The notes under the pieces are model-generated. The model was not told where the DNA came from and did no database searches. It saw only the letters and a program-made list of their open reading frames with translations. Source: Clostridia bacterium (GTDB taxonomy: Bacteria > Bacillota > Clostridia > Christensenellales > UBA1242). Taken from it: a stretch of DNA of 64,000 bases. This document shows, one piece after another, positions 1-9,296 of the stretch (within the stretch, counting starts at the first letter, position 1; each line of letters begins with the position of its first letter). The DNA is taken from positions 26,924 through 90,923 of the forward strand of contig SAAW01000001.1 of NCBI GenBank assembly GCA_009929275.1, written 5' to 3'. A program made the translations under genes and the position numbers.

Positions 1-60
1 TTAATGTTAAATTCCAAGCTGAGTATTTTTGCTAATTCCATAATAATCCTTCTATATTGC

Positions 61-1323
61 CTAAATTAGTTTTATTTTGTGTGCTTCCAAATAATATCTT
101 TTTTCTCTTGCTTCTCCCAGAGAAAACGCCTTGCGTGGCAAAATGCCATGTTTTATGACAAACTCAAACAACTCATTTTTGTTTAAAGTTGGAAGAGTTA
201 TGCCAATCGCCTTTTTATCTTTTTCGCAAATTGCTTTCAAACTTTCCAGCCCGTGAACATAGTCCACAGACATTTCAAGTTGTTCCGAAACTTCCTTTTC
301 AATGTATTCCTGAACCATTTTGATGGCAAGTGGAGAGTTGTTTGGCAAATAAAGTGGCACTTCTTCTCCAGACATAAAAATCGTTTCGGTCAAATAAGAG
401 TCTTTTTCCGCCTTATTGACATTAATCTTGGACAAATTGAGCAAGTCTTTCACAAAGCGTCTGTCTGGATTTCTCACAACTCGATAAATCGGGTTAAAGT
501 CAATCCCCTCATCGTGAATGTTCACCACCTCCACAAGTGCAAACCTTGCTGGGTGAACGAGTTTTTCCTCTTCGCTAATGAAATTTTTAACATTATTCCA
601 ATGCGCTTTTGCCGTCGCCAGACTATGATTTCCATCACCCACGGCAAACAAAAGTGGGGTTTTTGTGTTGAATGTTTTTTCTATATATTCAGGCTTTAAA
701 AGTTCGTCAAACTTGCCTATCACTTCGTCCACATCTTTAATCTTCCAACCACTCAGATGTCCACCTTCCATATTAAGATCAAAGTCATACACTTGCTCCA
801 AATTTTCCCTGTTTTTGAAAAGATTTTCGGCAATATTTTGCTCTCTATCGTCATAAAGAAGCATGGCGTGAGGGAGTTCAAAAATTGCATCTCGTCTTAT
901 CTCCAGTCGAGGCGGAATCTTCTCCACAATCGTGCCTTCAGTTGCTCTGATGAGGGTGTTTGCGTTTGCCTTATAATCAAAACTTTCAAGGTCAACAGCA
1001 ACCATAATCCCCAGCCTTTTTGGGTTGTTTTTTGTGGAACGATTTAATAAAATCATACAAGGTCCCGCGTCTTCAAGCAAGCCACTTTCATAATAACTAC
1101 GCATAGTTTTGTTGATGTTTTTTATTCTTTCAAAGTTATCTCTGCCAAAATATATCTCTGGCAAAACAAGGTCGAGTGTGCTTGGATTTCCGCCCACATA
1201 TTCACTCAATTTCTCCCAATATTCAGGCTCGCTTGAAAATTGACCGCAAGCAATCACTGACCATTTTGAATAGTCCAAATGCTTTTTTGGCAAAAATATG
1301 TGTTGTTTTTTAATTATGGACAT
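61..1323 (-). CDS. DUF1015 family protein
   Basis: 420-aa ORF. N-terminal FLPKK..DYSKWSVIACGQFSS and central FAVGDGNHSLATAKAHW resemble the DUF1015 signature (ADGHHR-type motif). Family recalled from memory. Confidence 0.6.
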   Translation of the reverse strand: MSIIKKQHIFLPKKHLDYSKWSVIACGQFSSEPEYWEKLSEYVGGNPSTLDLVLPEIYFGRDNFERIKNINKTMRSYYESGLLEDAGPCMILLNRSTKNNPKRLGIMVAVDLESFDYKANANTLIRATEGTIVEKIPPRLEIRRDAIFELPHAMLLYDDREQNIAENLFKNRENLEQVYDFDLNMEGGHLSGWKIKDVDEVIGKFDELLKPEYIEKTFNTKTPLLFAVGDGNHSLATAKAHWNNVKNFISEEEKLVHPARFALVEVVNIHDEGIDFNPIYRVVRNPDRRFVKDLLNLSKINVNKAEKDSYLTETIFMSGEEVPLYLPNNSPLAIKMVQEYIEKEVSEQLEMSVDYVHGLESLKAICEKDKKAIGITLPTLNKNELFEFVIKHGILPRKAFSLGEAREKRYYLEAHKIKLI

Positions 1324-1390
1324 TTTTCCTCCAAATTTATTTTTTAAAAGTATAGCATAAGTTAAAATATTTTATAAACTAATTTATATC

Positions 1391-1837
1391 TTAATTCTTT
1401 TTATTTAATCCCGTCGAACCAAACCCACCCTCACCGCGAGAAGTTGAAGATAGATTTTTCGCCTCCACACATTCAAAATGTTCCACTTTATTTATGACCA
1501 TTTGAGCAATCTTTTGATTTTTTTCCACTAAATATTCCTCTTTTGACAAATTCATCAGCATAACACACACTTCGCCACGATAATTTTCATCAACTGTCCC
1601 CGGACTGTTTAAAACAAAAAGACCATTTTTTAGGGCAAGCCCGCTTTTGCTTCTCACCTGTGATTCATATCCGTGAGGAAGTTCCATAGAAAACCCTGTC
1701 CTAATCTGCTCCCACGAAAACGGCTTAATCAACTTTTGTTCAAGGCTAAAAATGTCCATTCCCGCATCTTCCTTATGAGCATATTTTGGAAGTATGCAAT
1801 CCTTATCAAGTTTTTTAAACAAAATTTTATTCTTCAT
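1391..1837 (-). CDS. dut: dUTP diphosphatase (trimeric dUTPase)
   Basis: 148 aa with the classic dUTPase motifs AGMDI, RSKSGLALKNG, GTVDENYRGE and RGEGGFGSTG. Confidence 0.88.
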   Translation of the reverse strand: MKNKILFKKLDKDCILPKYAHKEDAGMDIFSLEQKLIKPFSWEQIRTGFSMELPHGYESQVRSKSGLALKNGLFVLNSPGTVDENYRGEVCVMLMNLSKEEYLVEKNQKIAQMVINKVEHFECVEAKNLSSTSRGEGGFGSTGLNKKN

Positions 1838-1853
1838 ATTTTCTCCCGTTTTT

Positions 1854-3251
1854 TCACAAATCTCCCAATTTTTCCACCATTTCTAAAACATAATTAAGCA
1901 TTTTTTCTACTTCTCTTTTTGTCTTTTGCTCTGCAACTAAACGCAACAAATTTTCTGTGCCACTGAACCGCACAAGAACCCATGTGTCATCGTCAAAAAT
2001 GAATTTAACTCCGTCTAATTTATCAATTCTAAAAACTTTTTTAGGAAAGTTTATATTTGAATTTTCAAAGAAAATTTCCACCTTTTTTCTGTCTTTAACT
2101 TTAAACGAAATTTCCTTATAAACGAGATTGTATCCCACTTCCTTTTTCATATCTTCAATAATCTTGCTTAAAGGTTTATTATAAAATTCGACAATCTCAA
2201 GAAGCATTGCAAACACAACAAGCCCATCCTTTGTGGACGTGTGGCAGGCAACTTCGCAACCGCTGTTTTCCGCTCCAATAATCCCATTATTTTCAGTTAT
2301 TGCTTTCGCAATATGTTTAAAACCAATGGCAGTTTCAATAATCTTTGTTTTTAAATTTTCACACACCTTGTCTGCTAAAATTGAAAACGAAAAATTCTTC
2401 ACAAACGCTCCCTTTTCATTTCTCTCTTTCACCAAATAATAGTAAATTAGCGAGCAAATTTCATTTCCGTTGTGATAATTCCCCACTTCATCAAACACGG
2501 CAAGTCTGTCGCCGTCACCGTCGGTGGCAAAAGCAAAATCAGCCTTTTTTTCAAGCGCCAATTTTTTGAAAACTTCCAAATTTTCTTCATTTGGAATTGG
2601 TGCAGAAAAACCAAAAGAAACATCTCTATTTTCGTTTGTGACTTGACAGTCAAGTTTTAGTTGTTTTTTAAGTTCCAAAACACATTCAAAACTTGAACCA
2701 TTCATAACATTGAAGAGAGTTTTTGCTTTTATATTTTTTTTAATTTTAACAAATTTTAGAATATTCCCCACATACTCTTTAACAAGAGAAACAATCTCAA
2801 CTTTTCCGTTTTTAACACATTCATCGTAATCTAAAAACTTAAATTTTTTCACTTTTGGAAGATTTTTTTCAAACATTTTTTCAAGTTCACTTTCGAGGTC
2901 TTGTCCATTTTTTGAGAAAATCTTTAAACCATTATAATAATAAGGGTTGTGACTCGCGGTTATCATTACGCTCAAATCATTATTAAGAAGTTTGTTTGAA
3001 AAACTAACAAGAGGAGACGGCACACTTGTCTTCGTCAATTTCGCCAAAATTCCATTCGCACAAAGGACTTCACAAATCCATTTTGCAAATATTTCAGACA
3101 AAAATCTGTTGTCAAAACCCACGACAACTTCTCTCTTAAAATTTTTCTTTTTTAAAATGTCACAAAGACATTGGGTTATTTTGCACACATTTTCCTTGCA
3201 AAAATCTTCCCCAATAACACCTCTGAATCCTGACGTTCCAATTTTCATCAT
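1854..3251 (-). CDS. alpha-D-phosphohexomutase family protein (phosphoglucomutase/phosphomannomutase-like)
   Basis: 465 aa. GTSGFRG N-terminus, active-site TASHNP, metal-binding DGDGDR and sugar-binding GAENSG loop. Ends in TGA. Confidence 0.82.
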   Translation of the reverse strand: MMKIGTSGFRGVIGEDFCKENVCKITQCLCDILKKKNFKREVVVGFDNRFLSEIFAKWICEVLCANGILAKLTKTSVPSPLVSFSNKLLNNDLSVMITASHNPYYYNGLKIFSKNGQDLESELEKMFEKNLPKVKKFKFLDYDECVKNGKVEIVSLVKEYVGNILKFVKIKKNIKAKTLFNVMNGSSFECVLELKKQLKLDCQVTNENRDVSFGFSAPIPNEENLEVFKKLALEKKADFAFATDGDGDRLAVFDEVGNYHNGNEICSLIYYYLVKERNEKGAFVKNFSFSILADKVCENLKTKIIETAIGFKHIAKAITENNGIIGAENSGCEVACHTSTKDGLVVFAMLLEIVEFYNKPLSKIIEDMKKEVGYNLVYKEISFKVKDRKKVEIFFENSNINFPKKVFRIDKLDGVKFIFDDDTWVLVRFSGTENLLRLVAEQKTKREVEKMLNYVLEMVEKLGDL

Positions 3252-3408
3252 AAAATTTTCTCCACTTAAAATTATTATAACTTTTTTTAGTTTTCTCTCA
3301 AAACATTTTTGATAAAATAAAAAAGACTGTGGTGCAAGAAAATAAAAAAACTATTTGCGAAAATAATAAAAATAATGTAAACTAAACGCATAAATTAAGG
3401 AGAAAAAT

Positions 3409-3837
3409 ATGGAAATATTTCAAATTTTCTGCATCATTTTGGGAGGTGTGATTGTCGTTCAATTCATTCTTCTCGCTTTCATCAATCACAAATACACCAA
3501 ACTTTTAAATGCTCTTAAAAATCGCGAAGTCGATAATGTTGAAGTCAAAAATGGCGTGCGTTACACTGTTGACCAAACTGTTCTTGATGAACAAGGCAAT
3601 GTGAACATTTCTCTTTCACAAAAAGACAACGTTCTAAAAATGAACAAGACGGAAATTGTCGGCATCAAAAATTTTGTGAAGCCGGGGAAATACACTCTTC
3701 TTTCCACCAGTGATGATGAGAAAACTTTCAACATTAGGGTGGGCAGTTATGTGACTGAATATCATCACAATCAAAGTATTGTCCTCACCGAAGGGCAAGA
3801 AGTCACTGCCGTTAATTGCTCGGTTATTTTAAGATAA
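3409..3837 (+). CDS. membrane-anchored small protein, possible NfeD-like partner of the adjacent SPFH protein
   Basis: 142 aa. AAGGAG RBS, one N-terminal TM helix (IFCIILGGVIVVQFILLAF) and a beta-rich C-terminal domain. Sits 16 nt upstream of the SPFH gene. The NfeD-like call is inference from size, topology and context only. Confidence 0.5.
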   Translation: MEIFQIFCIILGGVIVVQFILLAFINHKYTKLLNALKNREVDNVEVKNGVRYTVDQTVLDEQGNVNISLSQKDNVLKMNKTEIVGIKNFVKPGKYTLLSTSDDEKTFNIRVGSYVTEYHHNQSIVLTEGQEVTAVNCSVILR

Positions 3838-3853
3838 AAGGAAAAAACAAAAA

Positions 3854-4927
3854 ATGGGATTATTTAATTTTTTAAGTTCACAACTACTCAAAAACATTGA
3901 TTGGCTCGACAACACCTCTGAAACAATGGTCTATAAATATCCAATGGAAGGTCGCAACATTATGATCGGCTCCAAACTCACTGTCAGGGAGTCACAAGTG
4001 GCAATCTTTATGGTTAAGGGCAAAATTGCCGATGTTTTCACTGCGGGAATTCACACCTTGATTGTCAACAACCTGCCAATTTTGTCATCTCTCCTTGCTT
4101 GGCCTCGTGGGTTCAAAGCCCCTTTCACAGCAGATGTATTTTTTGTGAACACAAAACAATTCACAAATCAAAAATGGGGCACCACAAACCCAATCGTTAT
4201 GCGTGATAAAGACTTTGGCTCAATAAGAATAAAGAGTTTTGGAACTTTTGCTTTCAAAGTTAATGACGCAAAAACATTTTTGCACGAACTTTTTGGAACT
4301 TCTTCTCTCTACACGACAGAAAACATTGTGACATATCTCAAAAGTATGCTTGTTGCAGGCATTTCCGACACCATTGCAGAGAGCAAAATCAGCGCTCTCG
4401 ACCTCGCTTGCAACCTTCTTGAATTTAACAAAATGGCAAAGGAACAAATCAAAGAACAATTCACTTCCCTTGGGCTCGACCTCACAAATCTTGTGATTGA
4501 AAACATTTCCTTTCCAGAGCAAGTGGAAAAAGCAATCGACACCCAGACTTCAATGGGCGTGATGAAAAATAGTATGGACACCTATATCAAATTCAAATCC
4601 GCCGAAGCAATTGGCGACGCGGCCAAAAACCCGGGCGGAATGGCAGGGCTTGGTTCTCAGCTTGGGGCAGGAATGGCAATTGGAGAAATTGTTAAAGACT
4701 CACTTAAAACTTCCACAAAAAAAGACGAGAATGAAAAAGAAGTTGCTCCCACCGACAAATCAAAATTTTGCCCAGAATGTGGAGCAAAAAATACTCTCCG
4801 AGCAAGATTTTGCGTTGAGTGCGGACACAAATTTTCTCCAAAAGAAAAGCCAACTTGTCCAAATTGTGGCGCTGAAATTTCTCAAAACACCAAATTTTGC
4901 CCAGAATGTGGAAAAAAGGTGAAATAA
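3854..4927 (+). CDS. SPFH/Band-7 domain protein with C-terminal tandem zinc ribbons (B. subtilis YdjI-like)
   Basis: 357 aa. The N-terminal about 290 aa resemble the SPFH 'virion core protein-like' family. The C-terminus carries CPECG..CVECG and CPNCG..CPECG zinc ribbons. Confidence 0.72.
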   Translation: MGLFNFLSSQLLKNIDWLDNTSETMVYKYPMEGRNIMIGSKLTVRESQVAIFMVKGKIADVFTAGIHTLIVNNLPILSSLLAWPRGFKAPFTADVFFVNTKQFTNQKWGTTNPIVMRDKDFGSIRIKSFGTFAFKVNDAKTFLHELFGTSSLYTTENIVTYLKSMLVAGISDTIAESKISALDLACNLLEFNKMAKEQIKEQFTSLGLDLTNLVIENISFPEQVEKAIDTQTSMGVMKNSMDTYIKFKSAEAIGDAAKNPGGMAGLGSQLGAGMAIGEIVKDSLKTSTKKDENEKEVAPTDKSKFCPECGAKNTLRARFCVECGHKFSPKEKPTCPNCGAEISQNTKFCPECGKKVK

Positions 4928-4957
4928 ATTTTTTAACAAATTATCAAATTTTAATAA

Positions 4958-4988
4958 AAAGATAGTAATTCGCTATCTTTTTTTATTT
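4958..4988 (+). terminator. rho-independent terminator after the SPFH gene
   Basis: Stem aaagatag / ctatcttt with a 7-nt loop, followed by a T-run. Confidence 0.55.
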
Positions 4989-5059
4989 TAAAAAGATAGT
5001 CAAAAGATACACTATTTTGCTATAATAATTATGAAAATAATATTTAAAGGAGCGGAAAC

Positions 5060-6082
5060 TTGATTACTTCAAACAAATGTGCAAATTGCAGTGGAGAACT
5101 CGTCTATGATGTGGATAGTGGAGAACTCATATGCACCCATTGTTCCTCTCTTAAAGATTTTGAAAAAGAAAGTGAAAAGGCTGGAAAAAAGTTATTAACA
5201 CAAGACAGCACCATTGAGCAAAGTAAAACTAAATATACTCAATATTCCTGCCAAACCTGTGGAAGAAAGCACATTTCCGCCACCGACACCCCGCTTTTGC
5301 GTTGCCCAAGTTGCGGAGACAACAACCTTATTAAGACTGTGAAAATTGACTTCACTCCCGACGGCATAATTCCTTTTAAAATCAATAAAAACACAGCACT
5401 TGAACATTTCTACATTTGGCTCAAAACTCATCACTTCGCCCCAAATTCTCTCAAAAAGTTGGGAAAATCCAAAGTCCTCGACGGTTTTTATCTTCCCGCC
5501 TATTTCTATGACTTTGACACCTCAACACATTATTCTGGAGTTGGCATAAATACATACAGGACTCCAAATGGACAAATGCGTTATACTCGACACAGTTTTG
5601 ACAAAACAAGGAAAGACAAGTATGTCAATCGAATTGAGAGTGCCTCGTCCACCATTTCATCTGTGAAAATTCGACAACTAGGGAACTATTCCGAAGACAA
5701 GATTTTAGTCTATCGCACAGAATTTTTGTATGGTTGGTTTGGTGGTCAAGTTGATGCTTCGCTTCAAGAAAACAGCCAAAATATGAAAAGAATTGTCACG
5801 CAGGAGATTGCTCTCGACGTCCGGGCAAAACTTCCCTATTCCAATATAGAGAGTTTTAATTGCCAAACAAAATTTTCCGACATAATGTATAAATATGTCT
5901 ATCTTCCCGTCTATAAAGGGTTCTATAAATATAAAAATCGCGACTATTCTTACTACATAAACGGCGAAAACGGCAAAGTTGCGGGCAAAACACCAAAATC
6001 TTTTTGGAAAATTTTCTTCCTTGTTCTTGGCATCACCGCCGTTGCTGGCGCAATTGCATATCTATATTCTATATATCATTAA
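5060..6082 (+). CDS. zinc-ribbon protein with C-terminal TM anchor (B. subtilis YdjG-like)
   Basis: 340 aa. TTG start 8 nt after AAGGAG. Two CxxC..CxxC ribbons (CANCSG..CTHCSS, CQTCGR..CPSCGD) and a C-terminal TM helix (IFFLVLGITAVAGAIAYLY). Size and architecture match YdjG as I remember it. Confidence 0.55.
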   Translation: MITSNKCANCSGELVYDVDSGELICTHCSSLKDFEKESEKAGKKLLTQDSTIEQSKTKYTQYSCQTCGRKHISATDTPLLRCPSCGDNNLIKTVKIDFTPDGIIPFKINKNTALEHFYIWLKTHHFAPNSLKKLGKSKVLDGFYLPAYFYDFDTSTHYSGVGINTYRTPNGQMRYTRHSFDKTRKDKYVNRIESASSTISSVKIRQLGNYSEDKILVYRTEFLYGWFGGQVDASLQENSQNMKRIVTQEIALDVRAKLPYSNIESFNCQTKFSDIMYKYVYLPVYKGFYKYKNRDYSYYINGENGKVAGKTPKSFWKIFFLVLGITAVAGAIAYLYSIYH

Positions 6083-6152
6083 CCTTATAAAAACATTAAA
6101 AAACTATCCCTTTTAGAAATAGTTCTTTTATAAATATTATATTTTTTATAAT

Positions 6153-6590
6153 TTACAATAGAAGTTGACTTTCATCTTCAAAATATTTATCCACATTATC
6201 CATCTGATGAACAATACAACTATCATCAATAAGAGAAGAATATGATTTTTTAATAAGTTCAACACCACCCTCATGGACATAAATCAATAAAAATAATGAT
6301 TCGCAATATCCGCCTTTAAACCCCAACTCTGAAGACTCAAAGAGCCCCTTTGAATATACCTTACCCTTCACAGAAACTGGAACAATAGGGAGTTCATCTG
6401 CTGTTTCAATTTTTTCCATTTCATATGAAAAAACTCTCTCTGCTTTTTTTTGAGTTGCAATTTTTTCCATTTCTTCTGTAATTTCTCCATCTGCACCTTC
6501 AAACGAAATGTCTGCAAATTTAAATTTTTTATCAATTCCAAATTTAACCGCTCTCTTAATATCATCATCACTAAAAAATTTCATTGTCAT
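6153..6590 (-). CDS. hypothetical acidic protein
   Basis: 145-aa ORF with coding-like composition. No recognisable motif. Confidence 0.45.
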   Translation of the reverse strand: MTMKFFSDDDIKRAVKFGIDKKFKFADISFEGADGEITEEMEKIATQKKAERVFSYEMEKIETADELPIVPVSVKGKVYSKGLFESSELGFKGGYCESLFLLIYVHEGGVELIKKSYSSLIDDSCIVHQMDNVDKYFEDESQLLL

Positions 6591-6677
6591 TTTTTTTCTC
6601 CTAAAAAATTTATAATTTGATTATACACCCATAAAATTTGAATTTCAAGATGCAAAATTAAAAATAATAAATAAACG

Positions 6678-6706
6678 TTGACATTTTGCCAAATTCATAT
6701 TAAAAT
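6678..6706 (+). promoter_or_regulatory. SigA-type promoter for tRNA-Lys
   Basis: TTGACA (6678-6683), 17-nt spacer, TAAAAT (6701-6706). Lies about 70 nt upstream of the tRNA. Confidence 0.5.
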
Positions 6707-6778
6707 CAAACTCGCTAATTGAAATTGAAATTGAAATGTGTTAAACAATTGTGTTTTAATTCCACTAAAATTCCTTAT

Positions 6779-6854
6779 GGGCTGCTAGCTCAGCTGGTAG
6801 AGCAGACGACTCTTAATCGTAAGGTCCGGGGTTCAAACCCCCGGCGGCCCACCA
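6779..6854 (+). tRNA. tRNA-Lys (anticodon CUU)
   Basis: Cloverleaf folded by hand: acceptor GGGCTGC/GCGGCCC, D-arm GCTC..GAGC, anticodon loop CT-CTT-AA, T-loop GGTTCAAAC and an encoded CCA. Confidence 0.9.
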
Positions 6855-6863
6855 GAATTATAA

Positions 6864-6887
6864 GAGGCATTTTGCCTTTTATTTTTT
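6864..6887 (+). terminator. rho-independent terminator after tRNA-Lys
   Basis: Stem gaggc / gcctt with loop atttt, followed by a T-rich tract. Confidence 0.45.
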
Positions 6888-7105
6888 AGAGTTTTTTGCA
6901 AAACTAAAATTGTTATTAAAAATATATTTGCTGACAAAAATGTTTTTGAATTATAAAACCCTCTCATTTTATAATCAATTTCGCTTTAAAAATCATCTAT
7001 AATCGTCACAAAATGATTTATACAAAAAATTATTTTGCCAAAAGATAACATTGTCCTTTTAAAAATCTCATAAATATAGTATAATAAATTATAGGAGATA
7101 AAAAA

Positions 7106-7531
7106 ATGACAACTAACACAAAGAAAACATTATTTATCGTTGCAGATATTTTTGCAATAATAACAGGTGTAGTCCTTATTTTTGGGATAATCACAATTCC
7201 TTTTTCAGTGTTTCTTTTTATGGGCGGTTCAAAGATGAGAGAAATCTCAAATCAAAGCGAAGTCGAATTTGAAAAAACTTTGAAGAATAGAACAAATTTA
7301 AGTTGGGCAATCTACATTCTGATCTTGACATTCCCTGTTGGGATATGCGCACTTTTGCCATACATAATTGACACAGTCCCCCAGAACAATGAAAATAAAA
7401 AATCCACAAGTGAAGTTTCAGATAGCGTTAAAGATTTGGATATACTATTTGAAAAGAAAGAGAAAGGCATCATATCCGAAGAAGAATATGAAAAATTAAA
7501 AAGAAAGATTTTAGACAAAATAGAAAAATAA
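7106..7531 (+). CDS. membrane protein with C-terminal SHOCT-like domain
   Basis: 141 aa, GGAG RBS and two TM helices. The C-terminal LFEKKEKGIISEEEYEKLKRKILDKI matches the SHOCT short C-terminal motif. Confidence 0.6.
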   Translation: MTTNTKKTLFIVADIFAIITGVVLIFGIITIPFSVFLFMGGSKMREISNQSEVEFEKTLKNRTNLSWAIYILILTFPVGICALLPYIIDTVPQNNENKKSTSEVSDSVKDLDILFEKKEKGIISEEEYEKLKRKILDKIEK

Positions 7532-7597
7532 TTAATAAAAAAGTTTTGATAAAACCTTTTTGTATTAAAATAAAAAAAAGGAAGAAAAATATAATAT

Positions 7598-9217
7598 ATG
7601 AAATTTACAGAATTAGGATTAAGTCCCAAAATTTTAAAAGCGCTTGAAAGTTTTAACTTTGAGACGACAACCCAAGTACAAGAAGAGACTATCCCTTTAA
7701 TATTAGAGGGAAAAGACGTCACAGTGAGAAGCCAAACAGGCAGTGGGAAAACACTTGCCTATGCTTTGCCAATTCTCCAAAACACAAGCGAAATTGCAGA
7801 AAATATTGAGACCCTCATCATTTGCCCCACAAGAGAACTGTGCTTGCAAGTTACAGATGAAATCAAAAAAATAGTGGGATTTTTGGAAAGCATTAAAGTC
7901 GTGCCAGTCTATGGCGGAAGTGCAATTGAAAGGCAAATTCAGGCTTTAAAGCGAAGACCACAGATAATTGTGGGGACTCCGGGCAGAATTATGGACCATA
8001 TGGGAAGAAGGACAATTAAGATTGAAACTCTGAAAACTTTGGTGCTAGATGAAGCAGACGAAATGCTTAATATGGGCTTTAAGGAAGACATTGAAAAGAT
8101 ATTAAAATCGACTCCAAAGACAAGACAAACTTTACTTTTCAGTGCAACATACCCTGAACAAATAAGGCAAATTACAAAAAATTATCAAAACAACCCAATA
8201 AAAATTGAGATTGGAGTTGAAAATAGAAGTCTAAAAAGTCTTACTCAATACTATGTTATTGTGAACAAAAACAGTAAAAAAGAGGCTTTGCTTGAAATTT
8301 TAAACGAGAAAAAGCCAAAAATAGCAATCGTTTTTTCAAACACAAAGAGAATGGCAGACATAATTGCAAACTATTTGAATGAAAATTCTCACAACTCTGA
8401 GGCGCTTCACGGCGACTTGAAGCAATCTCAAAGAAAAAAAGTCATCGACAGAGTTAAAAGAGGGGAAACAGAAATACTCGTTGCAAGTGACGTCGCAGCC
8501 CGTGGGCTTGACATAAACGACGTTGAATATGTCATCAATTTTGACGTTCCTCTTAATGTTGAAAATTTTATTCATAGGATTGGCAGAACAGCAAGAATTG
8601 GCAAAAATGGAAACTCAATGACAATCATTGCAAGCAATCTTCAACTAAAATCCTTAAAAGATTATGAAAGACAAACCGACTCAAACATTCAAGAAATGCA
8701 ACTTTCCATAACTGAAAAAGCGGGCTCTTCAAGTCAAATTGAAGTCAAAAAAAGCACTCGCTCAGGTGGATTTTCAAGAGGCAGACAAGGTGTGTCGCAA
8801 TCAAGAGGAAGCCGAAGTTTCAGCGAAAGAAGACCAATGAATAGAGACAAATCTTCAACGCAAAGAACCGACAGGGGCTTCTCTTCAAAGGAAAATGGGG
8901 ATTCAAACGGACAAAAAAGAAGATTTGACAGAAATAAGAACTTTTCAAACGGCAGAAATTCAAGAGCGTTTACTCGCGACGACAATGAAGAAAATGAGAT
9001 TCGTTCCAACAATCAAGAAAGAAGTTTTTTTGAGAAAAATTTTGAAAATAAAAAGGAAAAGCCAAGATTTGAAAAAACTGACAAAAAACCTTTTTCAAAA
9101 TTTTCAGATAAAAGAAACAACAAAGATTTTTCAAATTCTTCAAAGAAGTCAAATTTTTCAAAACCTTATGAGAAAAAACCATACAAAGCAAAACCTTTCT
9201 CATCAAACACAAAATAA
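7598..9217 (+). CDS. DEAD-box ATP-dependent RNA helicase with long basic low-complexity C-terminal tail
   Basis: 539 aa. Q-motif region, Walker A SQTGSGKT, PTRELC, VLDEADEML, SAT, ARGLD and HRIGRTAR motifs. The C-terminal about 165 aa are rich in R, K, S, N and F. Confidence 0.92.
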   Translation: MKFTELGLSPKILKALESFNFETTTQVQEETIPLILEGKDVTVRSQTGSGKTLAYALPILQNTSEIAENIETLIICPTRELCLQVTDEIKKIVGFLESIKVVPVYGGSAIERQIQALKRRPQIIVGTPGRIMDHMGRRTIKIETLKTLVLDEADEMLNMGFKEDIEKILKSTPKTRQTLLFSATYPEQIRQITKNYQNNPIKIEIGVENRSLKSLTQYYVIVNKNSKKEALLEILNEKKPKIAIVFSNTKRMADIIANYLNENSHNSEALHGDLKQSQRKKVIDRVKRGETEILVASDVAARGLDINDVEYVINFDVPLNVENFIHRIGRTARIGKNGNSMTIIASNLQLKSLKDYERQTDSNIQEMQLSITEKAGSSSQIEVKKSTRSGGFSRGRQGVSQSRGSRSFSERRPMNRDKSSTQRTDRGFSSKENGDSNGQKRRFDRNKNFSNGRNSRAFTRDDNEENEIRSNNQERSFFEKNFENKKEKPRFEKTDKKPFSKFSDKRNNKDFSNSSKKSNFSKPYEKKPYKAKPFSSNTK

Positions 9218-9262
9218 ATTTTTATTTTTATAAACAAAATGTAACTTAAAATAATAGTTTAA

Positions 9263-9290
9263 AAAAAACAATCTTTACCGATTGTTTTTT
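9263..9290. terminator. bidirectional terminator between the convergent helicase and flippase genes
   Basis: Stem aaaaacaatc / gattgttttt with a 6-nt loop. An A-run precedes it and a T-run follows it. Confidence 0.5.
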
Positions 9291-9296
9291 TATTTT

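Noticed and set aside
253-1047. Plus-strand ORFs of 63-148 aa (253-699, 665-856, 757-1047) in the ORF track.
   Set aside because: They lie antisense inside the well-supported DUF1015 gene and have F/L/K/N-biased composition typical of antisense frames in AT-rich DNA. They lack an RBS. The same reasoning applies to most short nested ORFs in the track, for example 2233-2660, 15036-15899, 17508-17891 and 40582-40875.
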